Assembly (NCBI GenBank): GCA_964016885.1 | Contig: OZ024744.1 | Coordinates: 75,020,001-75,084,000, forward strand | Direction: 5' to 3' | Source: Eledone cirrhosa | Taxonomy: Eukaryota | Length of the DNA stretch: 64,000 nt | Part shown: one piece after another, positions 40,861-53,852 of the stretch | Layout of the letters: every line of letters begins with the position of its first letter | How positions within the stretch are numbered: position 1 is the stretch's first letter | Made by a program: the position numbers and the translations under genes | Notes under the pieces: model-generated | Database searches by the model: none | What the model was told of the DNA's origin: nothing | The model's input: the letters and a program-made list of their open reading frames with translations, nothing else

Positions 40861-43800
40861 TAATTTACAGACACATACTCAGAGAAGGCCCATTCATTCG
40901 GGCCATACTTGCTTCTCTCACCCATCTTTCAACAAAATGCTAGGAAGAGAGCACTTCCCTCCCTACCCTGATTTTCCTTTTCAAATGAAATTTGAAAAAG
41001 TTAATCAGGGCATCACTGAAGAGGTAAGTGCTCGTCTTCAGCCCTTTTAAACGTGTCCACCATACTATCTCTTTCGCCATGGCCACCAGACAGATAAAAA
41101 CTGCCTGCCCTTCCAGGCTAAAGGAAGGGGGCGGGGCAATCCTCACGATGGACTCAGCTGATAGCTGGATCCGTCCTACACGTGACAGCAGGTGTTCGAC
41201 ATAAACCCACAAGTCAGCAATGCTCGGACACTGGACGAGTGCGTGCAGTACGGTTTCGTCGCCCTGCGCGCATCTCGGACATGCCCGGCTGACGGCACCT
41301 CCATGCCTGTAGAGTTTATCCCGAACTGGCAAAGCTCCTCGGTAGCACTGCCAGGCCAGGGATTTCTGGAAGTTGTCCATAGGCCCCGGCCCGAAAGTCC
41401 TTCCTAAGAGATTGGCTAGTTGATTTTCGTCGACGCCTAGAGTTTCCCCAAGTACGTCGTCGCTCTTCCCCTCCACTAATCCTCTATAGAACGCCGAGGT
41501 GGAGATTCCACCGATCACATTGCCCGATTGGTCGAGGGCTGTGAGCGCCTGAAGACATTCCAGTCTCCAAGCGCTCCCTCTCGGTCTTCGCTTGACCCAG
41601 GACTGCAGCTCCGTCAAGGAGACGAGCTGGGGAAAAACGTGTCTTGCAAACGGCGACCACACCTGATCACCGTCGAGGAAGAGGTGGAGATGTCGTAGCC
41701 AGAGCGCGTGTCTGCGCATCATCAGCCACGGCATGCCCAGCCCTCCACGTAGCGGGTGTTGACAGCAGATGGACCGCCTGACCATCGGAGCGCGTCCCTT
41801 CCACAAGAAGCGAAAGAGCAAACGCTCCAGCGCAGTCAGGCGGGGATTACGACAAGGTACGACGGTCAGGCGGTAGTAGATGACGGATGCGATGTACGCA
41901 TTCGCCACCTCCGCTCGACCTTTCAGGGATAGCTTCCTCTCGGCCCATTTCTGGGTGAGAGAAGCCACCCTGCTCTTCACCTCGTCCCAGTTTTTGTCCG
42001 TCTGGAGGTCTGGACCGAACCAGACCCCCAGCAATTTAATCGGTCCGTCCGTCCAGCGCCCGACGACGCTGTTGGACGGCATGGACCTGCCTCTCCAGGT
42101 GCCGAGCTGCAGGCCCACTGACTTTTCCTGGTTGATCATTGCTCCTGTCACCGCTTCGTATTCTCTTAGTGTAGTGCCGATCGCCTCGATGTGTTTGGCG
42201 TTCGACACCACTACGGTGACATCGTCGGCATATGCTGACACGGATCTTCCGCATCCTAGTTCGCGCGGGACCCCCCTCAACGTCTCCAGTTTGTGCAGTA
42301 ATGGCTCGAGAGTCAATACGTACAATAGGGACGAGAGGGGACATCCTTGGCGGACCGAGCGCATGATGTTGAACGGTTCCGAAAGGTGACCGTTCACTCT
42401 CACTACAGAGCAGATGTCGCTGTGCATGGCAGCGATCCAGCCTCTGAAGACGGGCCCAAAGCCAGCCGCCCTCAGGACTGCCGCTAGGTAACGATGGTCG
42501 ACCCTATCGAAGGCTTTCGACTGATCTAAATTGATCAAAGACCCACCCGTGCCAGGTTCCCTAGCTAACCTCTCTACGATGTATCGCATGAGGTGGAGGT
42601 TGTCGTGGATGGATCTGTCGGGAATGGCGCATGTCTGCGCCTCTCCCACCAGACCACCAACGACAAGCGCCAACCTCTTTGCTAGCACCTTGGCCAAAAT
42701 CTTGAACTCTGTGTTTAGCAGAGTTATGGGCCTAAAATTATCTATGTTATCCCCCTTGTTCGGATCCTTTCTCAGCAGCGCCACCGCTCCTCGGCTCACA
42801 GAACTGGGAATTCTCCCGTTCTGTTGCCAGTTGCAGTAGACGTCCGCCAATAGGCCTCCGAACAAGTTTGGCATTTGTACGTAAAGTTCATAGGGCAGAC
42901 CATCCAAACCAGGCGATTTACCCCTTGTGCAACTAGTCATTGCATCCCGTACTTCAGCGGTTGTTATCGGCTTTTCGCAACACTCCGCCTCAGTGGCCGA
43001 AAGCCGCGGCAGTCCGTCGAGGTAGACACTAAAGTCCATCCCTCGATCCGGCCCGCCACTGCCCCCGAACAGTTGAGCGAAGTGTCGCTGAAAAGCTTCA
43101 CACATTTGCCCGGGATCGAGTAGCATGCGCCCGTCGTGGTCCACCAAAGACCGGATCGTGGCTTTGTTTCCACGACGCGCCTCCGCCACTCGGGCACATT
43201 GAACGGCTTTCGTCCCCTCGTGTCTGAGAGCACGCACCCTAGCTCTGACAACGCAGCCTTCGTGCTTTGCATTGAAGAATTGGTCAAGGGCCAATTTCGC
43301 CGCAAGTACGTCGGTCGCGATGCCTTTGCTAAGCGCCTCATCTAATTTTCTAACTAATTCTCCCTCTGCTCTATTTTTCTCTATTGCTAAAGTCTTACTA
43401 AACCTAATGGACTCTATTCTAATTGCTCTTTTCAGAGCAAACCACCACTTGTTGTTGACGATGGCCCCCGTCAACGCCCGCTTAACTAGTTCGCTAATCC
43501 GGTCTCTGTAGGCCTTGCGCGCTGGTAAGGATGCGTTTAGCTTCCAGTAGCCGGGTCCTCGTCTATGAAGCCTATCTAAGTCAAGCACACAGATCACGAA
43601 TTTGTGGTCCGTGTAGCTGACTATCTTGAATTGTGGACAGCCTATGCTAGACCTATCTATTTCCCTACAAAATACTCTATCTAGATATGATCTGGATGAC
43701 CCTATGCGATTTGTCCAAGTCCACATTGGTACATTCGGGAAATCCATTCGGTACCTGTCAGACAGTTCAAAACGTCTGAGCAGGTTGGTGAGACTCTTGC

Positions 43801-44275
43801 ATCCTCCTTCCCTATCCCCTAAACCCACACAATCCCAGCGTGCATCTAAGATCCCATTCCAGTCGCCCACTAACACTAAAGAGCGGGACGTTCCAAGAAA
43901 GGTCTCCAGACGCCGGAAGAAATCAGGCCGCCCTGCTCCTGTCGGGGCATAGACCGCCACTAACCTGAAAGCTTGCCCGTCTCCGCTGGTCACGTCCAGC
44001 ACCACCAACTTACCTTCTGGGTCCAGGAAGATGGCCCGTATGGCAAGATCCAAACCTCTCCGAAAAAGCACAGCAACTCCTCCCCCCGATCCCGGACGGC
44101 TGGGAGATGCGTACACATCGTAGCCGCCGAAGATCGGTGCGAAAGCCTGTGCTTCGGAGATTCTGGTCTCGCTGATGGCCACTACATCTATGTTTAGTGA
44201 CCTGAGGTCGTTGAGCAGGTGGCCCTGCTTCCATGACGACCCCAATCCATGCTGCCTATTCTGAGTGAGGTCATG
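40861..44275 (-). pseudogene. ORF2 (APE-RT-CCHC) with a 10-bp deletion just after the start and a premature stop at 40940
   Basis: Lacks acgcgcattt (present at 38221-38230 in copy 1), which shifts the native ATG out of frame. CAG>TAG near the C-terminus. Confidence 0.9.
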
Positions 44276-44308
44276 TTGAAAAGGAGTGGAAAAGATGGGA
44301 AAGACCAC

Positions 44309-46216
44309 TTACCTTACTTCTCGTAGGGGAAGGACGGTTTTTCCATCCTTTTCACTGCTTGTGGCCTCCTCAGGAAGGATGTCCTTATAAATCCTTCTGG
44401 AGAGTGCTTGTCGGAAATCTCCGATGTCTTTGGGGAATTTTTGTTTTAGTGTCATGTACGTTTTCTGTATGATGCGAGTGATTTGTATGTGTGGAGGTGG
44501 TGTGAATTTTGGGGTTGTTGTGTAGTCTTTTTCTGTGATGCTGGTGTTGTGTTGGATGTAGTGTAATAATTGCTTGTTGTTCAAATTTAATGCTGTGTAG
44601 TGTATATCGTTTTGGTTGTTTTGTTTTGTTTGCGTTTGTTGTGGGTTTGTTTCTGTTTCGCATTTTGGTGACTTTTGTGGTGTAGGTGATGGTGGTGTTG
44701 GGGCTAATGATGGTGATGGTGTTGGTGTTTGGGTTGATGGGGTTGGTGTAGCTGGTGTGGATGGTGGCATATCTGTCCTAACTTTTTTGTTTCTTAATTT
44801 ATTTGTTTCCCTCTGTATTTTGTTTTTGGAGGGGGAAGGAAGAGAATTTTTTCTTTTTTGGTTTCTTTTTTTTTTTCCGGATATCGTTTCCCACTCCTCG
44901 TCGTCACAATCTGTCTCCAGTTGTGATAGGCCGGGGAGTGGAAAATCCTCCACAGGCGTTAGTTTTGGTTGTGGCGTGGTGGATGGTGTAGGCGCTGGTG
45001 CTAGTTCTGAAGCGTTGGGTGGTGGTGGTGTTGGTTTGCTGGTGGTGGTGGTGGTTTTGGTTTTGCTACTGTTGCTGGGGTTGTTGCTGTTATAGTTGCT
45101 TCTGTTGTTGCTGCTATAGTTGTTGCTGGCATCTCTGCTACTGGTGGTGTTGATGGTCGTGTCACTGGGGTGGGTAGGAGAGGTGGCCTCAACCTTTTAG
45201 CCTGAGGGCAGAAAGCCCTTAGGTGGGTTCCTTCACGACAAACGACACACCTAGGTCTTCTGCCCTCGACAATTACCGTGAGGTGGCTGCCGTCAGTCAG
45301 GTCTATTACCTCTGGGATCTCCTCAATGCTTTTTTGGTCCGCTTGGATCAGGAGCTCCATCCCAGATCCGGACCAGTTTTCCTGCTTTTCTTTTGCTATT
45401 GTTATTATTTTCGTGTTGGCCTCGATGCCGGCGAGGACAGCCGCTATTAGCCAGGGAATTTCGATGGCCGGTGGAACGTGGGTCACCCTGATCTTTACGA
45501 GTCTCTGGTCACAATAGCTTGGGACGAGTGTGAAGTCGTCACTTTTTAATGGGGCCATGGTGTGTTCTCTAGCCTCCTCTGGTGTTTCAAAGAACACATC
45601 CACGGTTCCATACTTTTGCCCACGTCTGATGTGGGTTTTTCTTGCCCACACATGTCCCAAAGCTTTTTGGATTTGGGACTCGGATGCCCGTTCCACTCGG
45701 CGCGATTTTACATTTATTGTTCTATACGACACGGTGCATAGGCGCCGATGCTCCATTTTATTAGGTGGGGGGGGTGAGGCTGACCCTGTACCCATCTTTC
45801 TTTACCATTTGTTTGGCATTTTCTAAATCTTCTTGAGTTACGGTAAATGCTTCGAATTGATTTGCTACTCTGGCGAAACTGAGGGGGGGGTTTATAATGT
45901 CATTGTTGTTGTTGTTGCTATCGTTAATATTAATTTTAGTTTCAGTTGTGGTGGTGACGTCAGTCGTCTTTGGTGGGGAAGAGTCCATTTTGCTTGATTT
46001 CATTTCGACATCACGAGTTAATTTATTTTGTTCTTCTTTTGTTTCTGTTGTCGCGGTGGTGGTGGTGGTGGTGGTGGTTGTCGCGGTGGTGGTGGTGGTG
46101 GAGGCTTTAACACCTGCAGTCATTGGTAATGGCGGGAAATGAATGTCTGTCTGAGACAAATTTAAAATATTGCTACTGCTTATATTTTTTTTTTGTTTTG
46201 GCAAACGTAGTAACAT
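44309..46216 (-). pseudogene. ORF1 of copy 2 (zinc knuckle), broken into three ORF segments
   Basis: RPRCVVCREGTHLRAFC, SFARVANQFE, KFPKDIGDFR. Frame breaks near 45770 and 45000-45100. Confidence 0.85.
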
Positions 46217-46525
46217 TTACAATGGTGGTGTCGGTGTGAGGTGTTATTTTGTGAGGAAGGCTTTCAGCTGCTTCGTGCAGAGGTGCCATTTTCGTAGAAA
46301 ATGCAGAAGTAGCCATTGTTTTTCAAAGAAATTTTTTGATAATAATAAAAGTTAAAATTTTGGGCACAAGGCCCCAATCTTTTTAGGTGTCCTTTTCGGA
46401 AAACAATGTATGTGTGCTTATAAACAGTTAACAATAAAATTTTCCATAAATGGCAATTTTTAAACAAACGGAAATAACCAACCTTTGCGGAGCTCACGAT
46501 AATACGATTTCCTACGTAGGTCGCC

Positions 46526-46620
<95 letters not shown>

Positions 46621-46744
46621 TTTCTTTAGAAGAAGAAGAAGAAGAAGAAGAAGAAGAAGAAGAAGAAGAAGAAGAAGAAGAAGAAGAAGAAGAAGAAGAA
46701 GAAGAAGAAGAAGAAGAAGAAGAAGAAGAAGAAGAAGAAGAAGA
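46526..46744. repeat. (AAT)n then (AAG)n microsatellite with a gatttcttta spacer
   Basis: Direct inspection. The spacer matches the extreme 3' end of the Tx1 copies. Confidence 0.9.
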
Positions 46745-47915
46745 CTATGTACCACATATCCCGTTTTCACTTTTCTCAGAACTTGGGCCAGGGGTTTCAT
46801 GCAGATGAGAAATAAGAGTGGTGATAAACTATCTCCTTGAAATGTACCCCTTCGTTTGTTAACAGAACCTAACTGTTCCCTACTGGAAATTAGGGTCTGT
46901 TTTCCAGCTGACCATCGATCTTTCTGTAAACCTAATTATATTATCTGGTATTTGAGTAAATTTCAGACACTCTAACCTCAAACGGTGGGGACCATGTTGT
47001 AGGCTCTCCTATTGTCCGCCTATGCTATGGTTACATACTTGTACCACTTTTGCAATCTGCAAGGATTGTTTTATCAAGCAGCAGTTGATATTTTGTACCA
47101 CTGCTCTTCTTATTGCACCCTTTCTGCTTCATTCTTTCGGGGAATCTAAACATGATCTCCGAGATGATTCAAATCATAAGTTACTAAATTACTGGCAAGT
47201 AAGATAAAGGTCTAAAATTATCTACTACATTGCATTTAGCAGGGTCCTTTTGACAGAGCACATTCCTATACATTTTTATCCTTATAGGTATCTCTGCGTG
47301 GCTCTTTAACATTCATTTGAGCTGTAAATTTATTATATGAAAGTTTCGACTTCACCCAAAAGCCCTGAACCCCATCAGGTTCAGGAGCTTTCCGATTACG
47401 AATTATTTTACTTGCATGCATACAATTCCTGCAATCATTTCAATATCATTTTCTTTCACATTTATAATTCCTTCAGCCATTCAGCTTATTTATTATGTTG
47501 CACCTCATTATCCCAGGTGTTTGGACAAAACGCTTTGCTTCTTCTGCATCCGATTTCACTCATTCATTCTTTCTTTTAATCTCGTAGTCTTGATACATAT
47601 TTTTCTGAAACATTCTATTGATTCTATATTGTTGGAATTTTTTGTTGAAATCATCTCAGCTTAAACGCCTCATTCATCGTTTTTGTCCATTCATTCAAAA
47701 ATGCTCTATCCACTTTCTTCAATCGCTGTATTGGGTTCAGATTACCCCCTATCATGATGTCTATGAGTTCATTAATCATCTCCTTATTCTTATCTTTCTA
47801 GTCTTCTCTAAGATATTGATCATCGACTCTCTTGCAAGCTCCCTGTGTTCACCTCATACGTCACAATTTCATAATATTTTCATAATATTCGGCTTCAGTT
47901 GTGACCTCTACAGGT
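46745..47915 (-). pseudogene. Degenerate R4/Dong-type RT fragment
   Basis: FQGDSLSPLLFLICMKPLAQVLRKVKTGY near 46750-46850 is homologous to the 32880-32980 region. The upstream part is heavily decayed. Confidence 0.7.
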
Positions 47916-48045
47916 ATCTCTTCTTCTTCTTCTTCTTCTTCTTCTTCTTCTTCTTCTTCTTCTTCTTCTTCTTCTTCTTCTCATCATCATCATCATCACC
48001 CACCTGTCTCTCCTCTTTCTATATATATATGTTTGAAGGTGTGTG

Positions 48046-48080
<35 letters not shown>

Positions 48081-48577
48081 TTGTGTATGTGTGTGTCTGT
48101 GTATGTACGCAATTAAAACCGCATTGGCTCCAATCATTTCACAGAACACTTAACAAACACCCTAAACCGAATGCCAACCCACACACGCAACTCCTACGAC
48201 CCACCTACGATCCACCCTCCAAATTCGGCAAACCGAACGCGGACCGCCCAATTTCCCAAACTCAGCTTACGTAACAGGACCGCATCAGGTACCTAATAGG
48301 GAATAGAAACGTTATCCAGCTGCAACTTTCATGTTATGTAGTTTCTATATAATAAACTTAATAAAGCTTTAATTAGCTGCAGCGACTACCACCCCATTAC
48401 GAAATAAGCCGTGACCCTCTTTCTCCCGTTGTCTCTCAACTTTAAACCCTCAAACTATACACCTAGAGGACGTGATGCCGCATACAACACAACATAAAAA
48501 AACCAAAACGTACCCAAGCCATTAAAGAAATAAACGAAATAAACATGAGATGATTATCATAAAATACGATATCAAAA

Positions 48578-49158
48578 GGCGGTGAATTGAGTCTCGTTAG
48601 AGCGTCAGACAATATGCTTTGTGGCCTATAGATACGGCTCGTCACATTCTGATTTCAAATGCCGCTGAGGTTAGCTTTGCCTTTTATCCATACGGGTTCG
48701 ATAAAATAAAGTACTAGTAACGTACTGAGGTCGATATAATCAACTTTCCCCTCCCCCCAAAATAGTTTGCCTTGAGTCAAAATCAGAAACCATTATTTAC
48801 CATGCTTTGCAGCATAGTTACGTCCCTTTACGGACTGAGTACAAATCCCGCCGAGGTTGACTTTGCCTTTCATCCTTACGGGGTCGATAAAATAAAGTAC
48901 CAGTAATGCACTGGGTAATTGCTGGCCTTGTGCCTAAAGTAGAAACAATTATTTACACACAAATTAGCGGTGGATTGGCAGTATCAGTAGAGCGTCAGAT
49001 ACCATGCTGTGCAGCATAGAGTTATGGCCCTTTAAGGTCTGAGTTGAAATCTCGCGAGGTTATCTTTGACTTTAATCTTTATGTGGTCGATGAAATGAAG
49101 TACCAGTAATGCACTGGAGTAAGTGCTGGCCTTGTGCCAAAAGTAGAAACAATTATTG
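48578..49158 (+). mobile_element. Three tandem MetaSINE-like SINEs (48578-48798, 48801-48952, 48966-49158)
   Basis: Repeated B-box followed by tttgcctttcatccttacggggtcgataaaataaagtaccagt and ccttgtgcc..aagtagaaacaattatt. Confidence 0.8.
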
Positions 49159-49237
49159 TCATACAAATAAATATGAATATACACACGTAAAAGATAATTA
49201 AGATTAAATTATATATACACAAATAGATGACTTACTG

Positions 49238-49482
49238 GCACTCCGTCAATCAGGACAACGAGTGTTCCAGTTGATCCAACCAACAGAACAGCCTGCTCGT
49301 GAAATTTGATTTGTAAAGGGCTGAACGTTCCACAGACACGAGTACCCATAACGTAGTTCTCTAGGAGATTCAGCATGACACAGAATGTGACAAGGTTGGA
49401 CCTTCGAACTACAATTACAACTCATTTTTGCCAGATCAATGAACTGGAGCAACGTGAAAATAAAGTATTTTGCTCAAGGAAC
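49238..49482 (-). mobile_element. SINE 3' part (family of 52063-52318)
   Basis: ggcactccgtc...gagtgttccagtt...cgtagttctc..ggagattcag...gcaacgtgaaa...tgctcaagga is shared. Confidence 0.7.
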
Positions 49483-50644
49483 ACAAATAAATATAGTTTA
49501 GAGAACTACCGAAACCGTTAGACATGGTTTATTCCTCGCAATATTTATTCCACTGCTTGAATCTATGAATTATAATGTTTGTACTCTTAACACTCATTTT
49601 CCCGGTCAGATTTATTTTAAGTTTCCATTTTTGCTGTAAGATTTATACGTTCAGCCATAGAAGAGTGAAATTAGGAACAATGGTTCCGTGACTATAACTA
49701 AAAACTTGAGGTTGAATCTGCGTGTTTACATTTCTGTTTAAATATTGGCAGTCACGGAAAATCAATGAGATGCAAAATATTAGACTGCAGAAATGATTTT
49801 CTATACAACAGAGTAAAGGAGACAACCATGAAACAAACACAAACACACATATATACACATACAGATACACACACATACATATACACATACACATAAACAC
49901 ACGTACACATACCCACACATACGCATTCACACACATACACATACACACACATACGCATACATACACATGCACATATACACACACATGTCATACACATACA
50001 TACACATATACACACATACACAACTCTCTTTATCTCTCTCTCTCTCTCTCTCTCCCTCTCTATTTCTCTCCCCCTCTCTCTATCTCTCTCTCTATATATA
50101 TATATATATTTCTCCCTCTCGATCGTATATCGACGTATGAGGGTTCAAAATTGTTCTCAGTTCAATTTTGTATGGTTATGCCTAAAATGGCCCTTTATTT
50201 CAGTTGCTGATTAAGGGACATGGCCACATTTAATGTAGATATAACAGTAATGGGAATGTCCGTTACCCGGCTGTCCTTGCCTAACATCTACTTGTCTGGT
50301 GAGGTGGTTAGCCGTGGTTGATATGTCACCTCAGTCTTTTAATGTTGATTGTTAAACCAAATGATTTACTGGCAAGCGAGAAGCGGTTTATCAGTTATTC
50401 TCCCTCATCAAGACATATTTACATACATACATTCATTCATATATATATAAATCGAACTCCACCGATGTCCTGTAATTCAGCGCCGAAACATCGGATCGAT
50501 AAACATTTACAGCTGACGATGGAAACTCCTTTCTTCCTTTCTCCTCTTGTTCCGTCCTAACCACAATCTTAAATCTTGTTTTTAATAACCACACAGCTCC
50601 TTATATATATACTTGTGTATGTGTACTACTGCATAGATATTTGT

Positions 50645-50761
<117 letters not shown>

Positions 50762-51103
50762 TAGTGGTCGGTTCAATTCCGAGTAAAGCCATTTTCTAAT
50801 CACGTTCATTAACTATGTGAGACGTTAGTAGATTTTCTGCCGGAACTTCACACTCTGCTTTTGTGTGAGTTGCTTCATTTTCTCAAGCCTAGATGTAAAA
50901 CTATGGTTGATGCCTCAGTCACGCATTGTCATGTTTTCTTTTTACTGGGCTTGTATATTGTAAGTCAGTGGTTCTCAAACTGTTTGGGCCACCGCGGACA
51001 CGTAATATATTCACCACCCCCAACCATATTACCAGACAGAACGTCCTACACGCTAATTGTAAATAATATATAATAGATAAAATCGTTAATTTATATATAA
51101 TGA

Positions 51104-51294
51104 ATAATTGTTTCTACTTTTGGCACAAGGCCAGCAATTACCCCAGTGCATTACTGGTGCTTCATTTTATCGACTCCGTATGGATGAAAGGCAAAGTTAA
51201 CCTCGGCAGGATTTTAATCAGACCTTAAAGGGCCGTAACTCTAATCTGCAAAGCATAGCGTTCGACCCTCTACCGAAACTGCCAATCCACCGCC
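51104..51294 (-). mobile_element. MetaSINE-like SINE
   Basis: Reverse complement matches the family at 48966-49158. Confidence 0.75.
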
Positions 51295-51358
51295 CTGGTT
51301 ATATAATAAATAATTTAATATATATTAGAATTTCATATTTAATATACTATTATATCAT

Positions 51359-51435
<77 letters not shown>

Positions 51436-52062
51436 TGTGTGTATGTGTGTGAGTGTGTGTGTGTGTGTGTATGTGTGTGTGTGTGTGAAGCTATAATTCT
51501 CAATTTCTCTTTATTATTTCGTTTTCTGTCCTTTTGTATCCCATCAGAAAAAAATGATAACTTAGAAAGACATAAAATTTAAACAAGTTCAAACTTGAAC
51601 GTAAAATAGTCACATTTTATCAGGTGTAGGATATGGTCTTCGTGTTACTTTTGTCACGGGGTACAAAATAATACGTGGATTTAAATAATGAACCTACCGC
51701 TATTTTATAACAATTGCTATATAATAATTATTTTATATTGCGGGTCATATGCTTCTTAGTAAATTTCTTTATTTTCACTCAAGAAAATATAGCTCTATAA
51801 TTTAGAAGTAGAAAGGATTATCTGATCTCCATACCATCCCCTATATAACTGGTTTTATAAATGGCTACACAAGTGTAGCTATGTGATTAAAAGCTGTATT
51901 TGCTGTTCGATCGCAATAAACGGTATTTGGGGCATGTGCCGTTGATCACACAATTAGTTTTATCAATATTTCAGGAATAGAATTTAATATACAGAAAGTG
52001 TGATCGCGTCCAGTTTATGCATACAATCTTACATATATACATACATTCATACATATATTAGA

Positions 52063-52318
52063 GGCACTCCGTCGGTTACGACGAGGAGTGTTCCAGTTAA
52101 TCCGATCAACTGAGCATGCTGCTCCTGCAATTAACGTGCCAGTGGCTGAGTCTGCCACAGATACACGTACTCGTAACGTAGTTCTCAGGGAGATTCAGTG
52201 GACTGCAGCAACGTGAAATAGCGTCTTGCTAAAGGACACAATGCGCCGCTGAGAATAGAAAACACGACCTTTCGGATGTGAGCTGTATACCCTAACCACA
52301 TAGCCACATGCCTTCACA
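52063..52318 (-). mobile_element. tRNA-derived SINE (V-domain-like)
   Basis: Minus strand begins gtgaaggcatgtggctatgtggttagg...tgtgtcctttagcaagacgctatttcacgttgc, like 18125-18250. Confidence 0.7.
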
Positions 52319-52334
52319 CAAATATACATACATA

Positions 52335-53852
52335 ATGGCTGCCCCCTCGTTATCGTGTATGGCCATTACACATTATAAGAATATTAATAATTATCAATTA
52401 ATGCTATCGTAAATATTTTTTTAAAGTGGGGAAAGACTGCACTGAGCCAATCCCACTCTCTGAGCGAGAGTAGCTATAACCAGAAAAGAAGAAAAGGTCA
52501 ACATCATCGGTAACTGCTGAGTCGCAGGTTTTGTGTCGGAGTTATCCCAGTTTCCTGAGTTGCCTTCTCCTAGAAGAATCCCCTGATAAAAGCTAGGGGG
52601 TCGTTTATTCCCAGTGGTTTAACCGCGCGATCGGGTATCCAGTGCGACTATCTCTATGTCACCGTGCATATACATACCCATGCACACATGCATATATATA
52701 TGTACATGTGTATATACATATTTACACATTTTTGGTTGGCCGTTGACTCTTATAAGTTCTTCCGCCCTTTGTCAGGTTTTGTTTTTTGTCCTGCAGGGTG
52801 CCGAAAATCACCCCCCTCACCAAGCAAACTTGGTGGGGTTTGCCGATTTAGTCACCGAAGACCGGATCATGTGACAGGTTGTACTGGGTTAAATATATAC
52901 ATTCATACATATAACTGAACTTGGATTTGTGGACAAAGAGCGCAGCTCCCTAATTCATAGAGTTTAAATGGCTACGATAGCTGGCACCTTCAAAATTTGC
53001 AAAACATTCTTACGATTCAAAGGATGACAATTTCTTTTCTTTTACAACTTTACCACCGGGAAGGTGGCCGGTCAAAAATGTACTCGAAATTAAGAGAAAG
53101 AGAAACATACATACATACATGTATACATACATACATACATACATACATACATGATGGCTTTAAATACATACATGATTGCAATCGCTTATAGAGTTTGGTG
53201 CACGCTTAGGCTACGGCTAGCCACACGAACCTGTAACAAGCAATGCCTGAGCTTTGAAGTTTTTTAAGTGGGGAAATGCATTGCACTCGACTAATTCCAC
53301 TCTCTGAACATCGAAAACACCACCCGGAAAGGAGAACTGGTCAACAACATCGGATGCTTCTGAAGCCGGAGGTTTTTTTTTTTTTTAGAGTTTCCCTCTC
53401 CAAGAAAGGTGTTGTGACAACAACTGGGGGCCTTTCACTGCCAGGTGAAAAACCCCAAAAAATATTTTGATGGCCGTTGCCTCAGCTGAGTTCATCCGCC
53501 CTTTTCGGGGTCTTGTATTTCATCACGCAGGGATACATACATACATACATACATGCATGCATAATGATGGGTGCCCCCTCGTTATCGCATATGGCCATTG
53601 CACGATACACCATTATTAATAATTATTAATTCATTCTATCGTGCAATGCCTGTGCGTGAAGATATTTTTAAAGTGAGGAAAGACTGTGCACTGAGCCAAT
53701 CCCACTCTCTGAGTGACCGTAGCTATAACCCGAAAAGAATAAAAGATCAACATCATCGGTAACTACTGAGCCGCAGGTTTTATATCGGAGTTATCCCAGT
53801 TTCCTGAGTTGCCTTCTCCTAGAAGAATGTCCTAACAAATGCTAGGGGTCTT
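52335..53852. repeat. Three related copies of a dispersed repeat (about 52335-52890, 53240-53535, 53568-53852), possibly LINE 5' UTR-derived
   Basis: Shared blocks such as aagtggggaaa...cccactctctga...gtcaacatcatcgg...gagttgccttctcctagaag. The origin is not established. Confidence 0.6.

Larger units (their letters stand above)
40621..46525 (-). mobile_element. Tx1/L1-clade retrotransposon, copy 2 (full length), head-to-tail with copy 1
   Basis: 3' UTR and ORF2 are near-identical to copy 1. Separated from it by (AAT)6 at 40603-40620. The 5' end abuts (AAT)n at 46526. Confidence 0.92.

Noticed and set aside
34786-44234. Plus-strand and alternate-frame ORFs repeated in both Tx1 copies
   Set aside because: Antisense or shadow ORFs of a GC-rich ORF2; their repetition only reflects the element duplication.
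39737-45795. Programmed frameshift in Tx1 ORF1, since both copies break at a similar position
   Set aside because: The two copies need opposite shifts (-1 vs +1) and both breaks are near homopolymer runs, so mutation or sequencing indels are more likely.
50966-51000. hAT/Charlie-like terminus cagtggttctcaaac
   Set aside because: No partner TIR or TSD found.
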